Positions 49,986-57,365 of a stretch of 62,080 bases of DNA are shown one piece after another. Position 1 is the stretch's first letter. Every line of letters starts with the position of its first letter. The translations under genes were made by a program, and so were the position numbers. The notes under the pieces were generated by a model, which saw only the letters and a program-made list of their open reading frames with translations, did not search any database and was not told the DNA's origin. Source of the stretch: a virus (taxonomy: Duplodnaviria > Caudoviricetes); the IMG/VR virus record IMGVR_UViG_3300043568_002015, positions 1 through 62,080 of that record; one strand, written 5' to 3'.

Positions 49986-51101
49986 ATGAACAAATATGAA
50001 CAGTTGATTGAATACATCATCAACGATAACGAAAAAGCAGCACGTGAATTATTTCACCAAATCGTCGTGGCCAAGAGCCGCGACATCTATGAAAGTCTAA
50101 TGGACGAAGAATTGGGCGGCAATCAAGCTCAAGGTTTCGTAAGCGACATTCAGTCCGGTGTTGAGCAAGATCAACAGGGTCTGGGTGAAGAAGACGAAGA
50201 AGGTGAAGAGTTTGAACTAGGCGGTGACGACGACAGTATCGACGGTGACGACGAGGCTGGTGATGATTTCGGCGGCGATGACATGGGCGACGACGAGTTC
50301 GGCGGCGATGACATGGGCGACGAAGAAGGCAGCGTTGAAGATCGTGTTATGGATCTAGAAGACGAGCTAGATGCTTTGAAAGCAGAATTTGAACAATTGC
50401 TAGGTGGTGGCGATGACATGGGCGGTGACGACATGGGCAGCGACATGGACGGCGACGATGCTGGTGATGATTTCGGCGGTGACGACATGGGCGACATGGA
50501 CGACATGGACGGTGCTGAGGAAGAGCCAGAAATGGGCATGATGGAAGCAGCAGCCGGATCAGGTAAGTCAGGTTCGGGTAAAGCTGGTAGCGGCGCAAGC
50601 GGATCAGGTAAAGCTGGTAGTGGTGCAAGCGGATCAGGTAAGTCAGGTTCGGGTAATCCTTTTGCTAAGAAAGGTTCGGGATCAGGCAAAATGGAAAGCC
50701 GTAGCCAAGCTGAGATTATGAAAGAATACGTGGACAAAGTCAAAGACATGTACAAGGGTGATGCTTCTGAAGGTTCAGAAGTTGGTACTGGTGGTAGTGT
50801 TACTGTTAACAAGACCAGCATCACTGACAACATGAAGAACGACATGGGCGGTACAACTGCTAATATCGTTAAAGGTGGAGCAGAATCTGATCCAAAAGGT
50901 ACTCCTCCTAACAAGACAGGTGGTGTATTGAAGCAAGGCGGTGAAATTGATGTTGCCAAACGCAATGTTAACAAGCCAGGCGGCAACAAAGGCGCTCAAG
51001 ACTGGTACGGTACTAAAGCCAAAGCTAAATCAGCTGAAGGCAGCACAACCGACGGTTCAGTTCCTGTTGCTAAAGACAGTATTGTACAAGCACGTAAATA
51101 A
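49986..51101 (+). CDS. Acidic prohead core/internal protein
   Basis: AGGAG SD; D/E/G/M-rich then G/S/K-rich; upstream of the protease. Confidence 0.65.
   Translation: MNKYEQLIEYIINDNEKAARELFHQIVVAKSRDIYESLMDEELGGNQAQGFVSDIQSGVEQDQQGLGEEDEEGEEFELGGDDDSIDGDDEAGDDFGGDDMGDDEFGGDDMGDEEGSVEDRVMDLEDELDALKAEFEQLLGGGDDMGGDDMGSDMDGDDAGDDFGGDDMGDMDDMDGAEEEPEMGMMEAAAGSGKSGSGKAGSGASGSGKAGSGASGSGKSGSGNPFAKKGSGSGKMESRSQAEIMKEYVDKVKDMYKGDASEGSEVGTGGSVTVNKTSITDNMKNDMGGTTANIVKGGAESDPKGTPPNKTGGVLKQGGEIDVAKRNVNKPGGNKGAQDWYGTKAKAKSAEGSTTDGSVPVAKDSIVQARK
50260..50690. repeat. Coding low-complexity repeats (GGDDMG and GSGK(S/A)GSG units)
   Basis: ggcggcgatgacatgggcgacga repeated; a 30-bp ggtaaagctggtag...ggatca duplication. 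Confidence 0.8.
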
Positions 51102-51113
51102 TTAGGAAACAAA

Positions 51114-51755
51114 ATGGCTTTGATTCTTAAAGAGCATCTTACTTTTGACAACGCCGGTATCAAGGTGTTGTCAGAAGACTCTGCCGACGGCAAGGGGAAG
51201 GATCTCTATATGGAAGGGGTATTCATACAAGGTGGCGTCAAGAACGCCAACCAGCGTGTGTACCCCGTCCAAGAAATTGAGAGAGCCGTTACGGCGATCA
51301 ACGGGCAACTGAAGGAAGGATATTCAGTTCTCGGTGAAGTCGATCATCCTGATGATTTAAAAATTAATCTGGATCGTGTTAGCCATATGATTACAAAAAT
51401 GTGGATGGACGGTCCTACAGGATTTGGAAAATTGAAAGTCCTACCAACCCCCATGGGCAAACTTGTTGAAGCCATGTTGACATCTGGTGTCAAATTAGGT
51501 GTCAGCAGCCGTGGCAGTGGTCAGGTCAGCGAATCCAGTGGTCATGTTAGTGATTTTGAAATCATTACAGTAGACATAGTAGCACAACCATCAGCACCCA
51601 ATGCGTATCCCAAGGCCATCTACGAAGGTTTAATGAATATGCAAGGTGGGGCTCAGTTATTTGAAATGGCACGAGATGCTGCACAAGATAAAAAAGTGCA
51701 AAAATACTTACAAACCAGTATTGTTGCGCTGATCAAGGACTTGAAATTAAAATGA
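51114..51755 (+). CDS. gp21: Prohead protease, gp21-like
   Basis: NANQRVYP, GEVDHP, GVSSRGSG, DIVAQPSAP. Confidence 0.95.
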   Translation: MALILKEHLTFDNAGIKVLSEDSADGKGKDLYMEGVFIQGGVKNANQRVYPVQEIERAVTAINGQLKEGYSVLGEVDHPDDLKINLDRVSHMITKMWMDGPTGFGKLKVLPTPMGKLVEAMLTSGVKLGVSSRGSGQVSESSGHVSDFEIITVDIVAQPSAPNAYPKAIYEGLMNMQGGAQLFEMARDAAQDKKVQKYLQTSIVALIKDLKLK

Positions 51756-51837
51756 TTTTAAGTAACACACCCATCAATCAATCTTTATCTGAGGCGTCGG
51801 TGTACCTCATCAAAGAAGTACCACTAGGAGAAAAACA

Positions 51838-52938
51838 ATGCTAGAAAGTTTAAAACCATTGTTAGACAGTGGCATCATTAACGAATCAACACAGCAAGCG
51901 ATCAGTGAAGCTTGGGAAACCCAGCTAACTGAAGCACGTGAGCAATTACGTGCTGAGCTACGTGAAGAATTCGCTGGACGCTACGAACATGACAAAAGTA
52001 TTATGGTTGAAGCTCTAGACAAAATGGTTACTGAATCCTTAACTGCTGAACTCACAGAGTTTCAAGCAGAAAAACAAGCTCTAGCTGAAGATCGTGCGAG
52101 ATTTGCTTCACGCATGATGGCAGGCGCTGGCAAGTTTAACGATTTCATGGTCACTAAACTGGCCGAAGAAATCCGAGAACTACGTGCAGATCGCAAAAAC
52201 TACGAGAATAGCGTTGCTAAACTTGAAGGTTTTGTCATCCGTGCCCTGGCTGAAGAAATTCAAGAGTTTGAACAAGACAAGAAAGCAATTGTTGAAACAA
52301 AGGTTAAACTTGTTGCTGAAGCCAAACAAAAATTGGCCCAACTACAACAGACATTTGTACAACGTAGTGCTGCTCTTGTAAAAGAATCAGTAGCTAACAA
52401 GCTAGAGTCGGAATTGACTCAACTGAAAGAAGACATCCAAGTTGCTCGTGAGAACATGTTTGGTCGTCGTCTGTTTGAAGCTTTTGCTGGTGAATTTGCC
52501 GTCACTCACTTAAATGAGAACAAGCAATTGGCCAAGATGCAAGCAATCATGATGAAGCAACAAGAAGTTATCGCTGAATCAAAGAAACTTGCTGAAGAAA
52601 AAGCTCTGTTAGTTGAATCAAGAGAAACAGAGATTCGTATCATTAAGGAATCTGCAGAACGCCGTGATGGTATGGCTAAACTGTTGAAACCGCTAAACAA
52701 AGAGAAGGCCGCTGTAATGAGCGAACTACTCGAATCAGTGCAGACCAGTAAGTTGCAGGCTGCATTTGATAAATATTTACCAGCCGTACTTAACAATAGT
52801 TCAGTCAAACCGCTAGCTGAGAAATCAGTCATGTTGGCTGAAAGTCGTCAAGTAGTAACTGGTGATAAAACTGTTAAACAAGCCGAAGTTCGTGACAATA
52901 ATGTTATCGAACTACGCCGTTTAGCAGGGCTAAAGTGA
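51838..52938 (+). CDS. gp22: Prohead scaffold protein, gp22-like
   Basis: Coiled-coil, E/K/A-rich; between protease and capsid. Confidence 0.8.
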   Translation: MLESLKPLLDSGIINESTQQAISEAWETQLTEAREQLRAELREEFAGRYEHDKSIMVEALDKMVTESLTAELTEFQAEKQALAEDRARFASRMMAGAGKFNDFMVTKLAEEIRELRADRKNYENSVAKLEGFVIRALAEEIQEFEQDKKAIVETKVKLVAEAKQKLAQLQQTFVQRSAALVKESVANKLESELTQLKEDIQVARENMFGRRLFEAFAGEFAVTHLNENKQLAKMQAIMMKQQEVIAESKKLAEEKALLVESRETEIRIIKESAERRDGMAKLLKPLNKEKAAVMSELLESVQTSKLQAAFDKYLPAVLNNSSVKPLAEKSVMLAESRQVVTGDKTVKQAEVRDNNVIELRRLAGLK

Positions 52939-52962
52939 CTTAACCCTAAATAGGAGATTTAA

Positions 52963-54135
52963 ATGACACAAGCATTATTAGAAAGCCGTTGGGGCGAAAC
53001 CAAAGACGCTCTGCTAGAAGGCTTACAAGGTTCGAAAAGAACTTCAATGAGTGTAATCTTAGAAAACACTCGCAAGTATTTGGCTGAAAATGCAACTGCA
53101 GGTGCTACCAGCACAAGCAACGTTGCTACACTTAACCGTGTAATTCTGCCAGTTATCCGCCGTGTTATGCCAACTGTTATTGCTAACGAAATCGTTGGTG
53201 TGCAGCCCATGACAGGTCCTGTTGCCCAGATCCATACTCTACGTGTTCGTTATGCAGATAACGTTTCAGGTACAGGTGGTGCTACTGGTACAACATCTGG
53301 TGACGAAGCTCTATCACCATTCAAGATTGCAACAGCATACTCAGGTACTTCAGCTGGTCGTGCCACAAGCACAGCCACACTAGAAGGCGTACCTGGTAAC
53401 CGTATCAACGTTCAGATCTTGAAGCAAGTTGTTGAAGCTAAGACACGTAAGTTGTCAGCTCGTTGGACTTTCGAAGCCGCTCAAGACGCACAGTCAATGC
53501 ACGGCCTAGACGTTGAAGCAGAAATTATGGCTGCTTTGGCGCAAGAAATCACTGTTGAAATCGACCAAGAGATCCTGGGATCACTACGTTCGTTGTCAGC
53601 AACTGATTTCACATACGACCAATCTGCTGTATCTGGTACTGCTACTTTCGTTGGTGACGAACACGCTGCTCTAGCTGTTCTGATCAACCGTAGTGCAAAC
53701 CTGATTGCACAGCGTACACGTCGTGGTGCTGGTAACTGGGCTGTTGTTTCTCCAGCTTCGTTGACAGTTCTTCAGTCAGCAACAACTTCAGCATTTGCAC
53801 GTACTACAGAAGGTACTTTCGAAGCTCCTACAAACACCAAGTTTGTTGGTACATTGAACGGTGCAATGCGTATTTACGTTGACAGCTACGCTAGCGATAG
53901 CCAAGCTATTCTAGTTGGATACAAAGGTTCGAGCGAAGCAGATGCTGCTGCGTTCTATTGCCCTTATATTCCTCTAATGAGTTCTGGTGTTGTTCTTGAC
54001 CCAGCTACATTCGAACCAGTCGTGGGCTTTATGACTCGTTACGGATACGTTGAGTTGACAAACACAGCATCGTCACTAGGTAACGCTGGTGACTACGTTT
54101 CAGAAATCGCTGTTTCGAACCTATCGTTCCAGTAA
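52963..54135 (+). CDS. gp23: Major capsid protein, gp23-like
   Basis: GVQPMTGP, AKTRKLSARWTFEAAQD, FYCPYIPL, FMTRYG. Confidence 0.97.
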   Translation: MTQALLESRWGETKDALLEGLQGSKRTSMSVILENTRKYLAENATAGATSTSNVATLNRVILPVIRRVMPTVIANEIVGVQPMTGPVAQIHTLRVRYADNVSGTGGATGTTSGDEALSPFKIATAYSGTSAGRATSTATLEGVPGNRINVQILKQVVEAKTRKLSARWTFEAAQDAQSMHGLDVEAEIMAALAQEITVEIDQEILGSLRSLSATDFTYDQSAVSGTATFVGDEHAALAVLINRSANLIAQRTRRGAGNWAVVSPASLTVLQSATTSAFARTTEGTFEAPTNTKFVGTLNGAMRIYVDSYASDSQAILVGYKGSSEADAAAFYCPYIPLMSSGVVLDPATFEPVVGFMTRYGYVELTNTASSLGNAGDYVSEIAVSNLSFQ

Positions 54136-54160
54136 TCTCTGCGTAAGTAGATCGTTAAAC

Positions 54161-54185
54161 AAAAACCCACTTCGGTGGGTTTTTT
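54161..54185 (+). terminator. Intrinsic terminator after the capsid gene
   Basis: AAAAACCCAC-TTCG-GTGGGTTTTT. Confidence 0.9.
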
Positions 54186-54260
54186 GTTGACTGTATGATC
54201 TTGTGCTAAATATATTTGCTCGTGTTTTAAATACACACACATTCACACAAGGAGAAAACT

Positions 54261-54512
54261 ATGAGCAAAACACCTTACGAGATTCGTCTCGAACTCTTAA
54301 AGCTGGCTAAGGATTCACTCTATGATCCAGTATTCCAAAAACGACAAAATCTTATGGACGAATTTATGGCCAAACGAGAAGTCTTTGTTGGGATGACAGG
54401 TCCCACACCGGAACAATTGGCGTTGAAATTCCCTATTATGCCAGATTTTCCTAGTACGGATACTATTATTGCAGAAGCTGAAAAACTTAATAATTTTGTA
54501 AGTCAGCAATAA
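54261..54512 (+). CDS. Small hypothetical phage protein
   Basis: AAGGAG SD; MSKTPYEIRLELLKLAKD...IIAEAEKLNNFVS. Confidence 0.8.
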   Translation: MSKTPYEIRLELLKLAKDSLYDPVFQKRQNLMDEFMAKREVFVGMTGPTPEQLALKFPIMPDFPSTDTIIAEAEKLNNFVSQQ

Positions 54513-54514
54513 TT

Positions 54515-54537
54515 AAAAGCCCCGTGAGGGGCTTTTT
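54515..54537. terminator. Bidirectional intrinsic terminator
   Basis: AAAAGCCCC-GTGA-GGGGCTTTTT between convergent genes. Confidence 0.85.
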
Positions 54538-54543
54538 GTTGAC

Positions 54544-55131
54544 TCAATCTTCTTCCTCCTCATCGTCGTTACCCCAGATTACATCATCAGATTCTTGCAC
54601 CAGTCGGTCCCATGCAGACTTATCATCATATGCACGATAATAATCTTCGTTCTCTTTGAGTACACGAAACTGTCCTGGATACTTCAGTCCAATTACGGTG
54701 CTATCGGCGGCACGTAGAATATCACACACAGTCCAGGTACTACCGCACCCGGCTGATATACGTTTGAAGGGGCTATGTTTAATGTCGTCTTCTTTGAGGT
54801 ATCTTTCGAATTCAAATCCACGAAATATAATACGAGTAATACCACGGTCTCGGTTATGCAGTCGGATTTTATCAAATTCGGTCAATGCTGTGATGGCTGC
54901 ACAATTGTCGTCATCAATCGTGAGTAGACACTCTTTGAGTTTAATACTGCCTTTGGTTCGGGTATTGTCTGGTGTTTCCTTGGTGCTCCAAGGCAGACTG
55001 CAAGATACGTGATGTACGTAATATGATTCACCTTTGCATTTTACCACCCACATGGGTATGGTTGCATCTTCCAGGTGTTTTTTATTGAAGTGAAAAACTA
55101 ATTCTTTACAAGCATATTCAATCTATTGCAT
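54544..55131 (-). CDS. Hypothetical protein of 195 codons with an in-frame TAG at codon 3 (putative suppressor-dependent gene)
   Basis: AAAGGAAATAAA-ATG CAA TAG ATT GAA TAT GCT TGT...; reads MQ*IEYACKELVFHFNKKHLEDATIP in frame with the ORF-track MWVVKCKG... (55053). Confidence 0.75.
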
Positions 55132-55146
55132 TTTATTTCCTTTAAG

Positions 55147-55223
55147 TGGTGGCCCAATTGGGATTTGAACCCAAATCTTGACATTTAGAGTGTCCTGTTC
55201 TAACCATTAAAAACTATTAGGCC
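55147..55223 (-). tRNA. tRNA with CUA anticodon (amber suppressor), CCA encoded
   Basis: Acceptor GGCCTAA/TTGGGCC + A-CCA; D stem GTTT/GAAC; anticodon arm GACA-CTCTAAA-TGTC (U33, CUA, A37); T arm TTGGG-TTCAAAT-CCCAA. Confidence 0.88.
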
Positions 55224-55226
55224 ATG

Positions 55227-55259
55227 TATTTATTATACAGTAAACACCCAGGAAGTCAA
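55227..55259 (-). promoter_or_regulatory. Promoter(s) for the tRNA unit: sigma70-like plus an overlapping late-type TAAATA
   Basis: TTGACT-16 nt-TATAAT (55259-55232); TAAATA at 55232-55227. Confidence 0.65.
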
Positions 55260-55341
55260 TTTTTTCGATAAATAATCATGTTCACAAGAATTCTCGGAGT
55301 CGCCACTCCGAGCAGCCTAGAACGCTAACAGGAGAAATAAA

Positions 55342-56034
55342 ATGGCAAGAGGTTTAAAAATTACACGCACAGAAACAGCAACAGGTCAGATTCATGATCG
55401 TTATGCAATGCAACAGTTAGTCAACGGATCACCCGTTGGTGGTACAGGTGGCCTAACCAGTCAGACTGGTAACCAAATTGCACCCAGAGTCAAAATTGGT
55501 GGTAATGCAGAAGCTGCTGGGTCTATTAGCACACAGAAAGGTTCCAAGAAATTTCGCGTAACTGATGGGACAAATACTGGGGTATGCACACTGGTTAATT
55601 TAGCTACACCAACAGCAGCCAGCACCATGAGTATTCGTGTTGACACTGCAACATTGACAGCAGGGACTGCCAATGCGTATGTGGCATCGGGCGCAAGTAC
55701 CAGTGCTTTTGTAACTGGTACATTTGCAGGTCCAGTGGCATTGGCAGTGGGGCAAGTGGTTTTAGGCACTGGCGCAACTGGCACAGTTACCATCACTGCG
55801 GTCAACACCACAAGTAACGTCACAGTGGGTTATACAAGTCAGACATTCGCCAACGTAGCTGGTGGTACTTTCTATACTACTGTTTATGCTAGCCGTATTT
55901 CCAACAAGTATGTTCGTGATTTTGGTAATAATGGCAATCCACAAGCTGGTACAATTGGTGGTTTTAACCCTAATGAATATCGTTATCACTTGGCAGAACC
56001 TGACAGCATATTCGTAAAAGTAGCTTACGCTTAA
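55342..56034 (+). CDS. Virion structural protein (head/neck decoration-like)
   Basis: TAAATA at about 55269; AGGAG SD; T/G/A-rich; QKGSKKFRV. Confidence 0.6.
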   Translation: MARGLKITRTETATGQIHDRYAMQQLVNGSPVGGTGGLTSQTGNQIAPRVKIGGNAEAAGSISTQKGSKKFRVTDGTNTGVCTLVNLATPTAASTMSIRVDTATLTAGTANAYVASGASTSAFVTGTFAGPVALAVGQVVLGTGATGTVTITAVNTTSNVTVGYTSQTFANVAGGTFYTTVYASRISNKYVRDFGNNGNPQAGTIGGFNPNEYRYHLAEPDSIFVKVAYA

Positions 56035-56055
56035 TTTACTGTTGTCAACACAACG

Positions 56056-56078
56056 AAAAGCGGCTGAGGCCGCTTTTT
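56056..56078 (+). terminator. Intrinsic terminator
   Basis: AAAAGCGGC-TGAG-GCCGCTTTTT. Confidence 0.85.
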
Positions 56079-56134
56079 GTTTCAAGAAACAACTGGTTGT
56101 GCCAGCATAAATATACTAAAACAGGGCTTGTGCA

Positions 56135-56605
56135 ATGACAACTTCTACCGTTAAGAACCTATCAGGCGATTACATCATAAATTCCACTCTGGTCACCATC
56201 AATGGTAACCTAGTGGTCACTGGTAATACCACCAGTATAAACAGTACTGACTTGATCGTTAATGATAATATCATCACATTAAATGGTAATGTCACTGGGG
56301 TACCGGTTTTGAATGCTGCGATATCAGTCAACCGCGGATCATCGGCCAATGTGCAATTACGCTGGAATGAAAGTTTTGATAAATGGCAGCTGACCAACAA
56401 CGGCAGTACTTTTGGCAATATCGCCACAACAGGTAATATCGACCTCACTGGGTTAACAATATTCGATACAGCCAACAGCGTGACATTATATTCGGGGGCA
56501 GTGAGCAGTGGACAAACAGGACTATACGTAGACAATTCCGGTGACGTTCAACAAGAACTGATATCCAAGAACGCAGCAATTTCATATAGTATTATTTTCG
56601 GATAG
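56135..56605 (+). CDS. Virion structural protein
   Basis: GNLVVTGNTT..NST.L.VNDNIITLN fibre-type motif; ends in TAG. Confidence 0.65.
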   Translation: MTTSTVKNLSGDYIINSTLVTINGNLVVTGNTTSINSTDLIVNDNIITLNGNVTGVPVLNAAISVNRGSSANVQLRWNESFDKWQLTNNGSTFGNIATTGNIDLTGLTIFDTANSVTLYSGAVSSGQTGLYVDNSGDVQQELISKNAAISYSIIFG

Positions 56606-56613
56606 GATTAAAA

Positions 56614-56928
56614 ATGGCAATACAAAACACTCGTCTAACCAATGGTACAGCCGCCAACATTTTTGCTAGTACAGGGTCAAATGCAATCACTACATTACAT
56701 TTATGTAACACCACTGGTGCTACAGTAACTTGCAACGTATACCTGGTGACAGGAGCTGGCATCATTGCCAGTGCCAACAATGCAATATATGCCAATGTGA
56801 CCATAACAGCTCAAAATACATATATTGTATCCACTGAAAAATTTATTTTATCTGATGGCGACAGTCTCCGTGCCAATTGTTCAGCGGCCAATTCAGTAAC
56901 AGCCACTGTCAGCACATTTGGGATTTAA
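56614..56928 (+). CDS. Small virion structural protein
   Basis: 104 aa, beta-rich; EKFILSDGD. Confidence 0.65.
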   Translation: MAIQNTRLTNGTAANIFASTGSNAITTLHLCNTTGATVTCNVYLVTGAGIIASANNAIYANVTITAQNTYIVSTEKFILSDGDSLRANCSAANSVTATVSTFGI

Positions 56929-56930
56929 CC

Positions 56931-57356
56931 ATGGGAAAACTTCTTAAGAACCCAGACATTGCCCCTGGTGTGCTGGGGGTGCGATTGCCTGTGGTCACAT
57001 CAGCATTGAGTGATGCACCAGTTGATGGCATCATTCGGTTTAACACAACCAACAGCAAGGTGGAATTTTATTACAATGGTAATTGGAACCAGATTGCAAA
57101 AATTGGTACAGTGAGTATCACTGTGGATGATTTAGTAGGTGACGGAACAACCACAGTGTTTACCATGAGCCAGAGTGAATCAGATGCCACCAACATAGTG
57201 GTAACAATAGGTGGAGTTTATCAGTTACCCGGCACAAACTACACAGTCAGTGGTACTGGTATCACGTTTACCAGTGCACCACCTGCCCCCAGTTTACCTG
57301 CCAGTCCTAACCGTATAAACATTATACACAACTTAAATAGTACCAACGCTGCCTAA
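56931..57356 (+). CDS. Virion structural protein
   Basis: Start moved to MGKLLKN; GIIRFNT, GDGTTTVF, V.IGGVYQ.PG.NY, FTSAPP. Confidence 0.65.
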   Translation: MGKLLKNPDIAPGVLGVRLPVVTSALSDAPVDGIIRFNTTNSKVEFYYNGNWNQIAKIGTVSITVDDLVGDGTTTVFTMSQSESDATNIVVTIGGVYQLPGTNYTVSGTGITFTSAPPAPSLPASPNRINIIHNLNSTNAA

Positions 57357-57365
57357 GGACGGACA

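Noticed and set aside
50171-50989. Long antisense ORFs (also 46878-47534, 10802-11515, 28718-29434, 7684-8247)
   Set aside because: Shadow frames of low-complexity or codon-biased real genes; no RBS or recognisable motifs.
55147-55223. Reading the tRNA as Arg(TCT) or as tRNA-Pyl
   Set aside because: The GACA/TGTC stem closes the 7-nt loop CTCTAAA, placing CTA at 34-36 after U33; TCT would be off-centre. It has the canonical GG and TTC motifs and a large D loop, unlike tRNA-Pyl.
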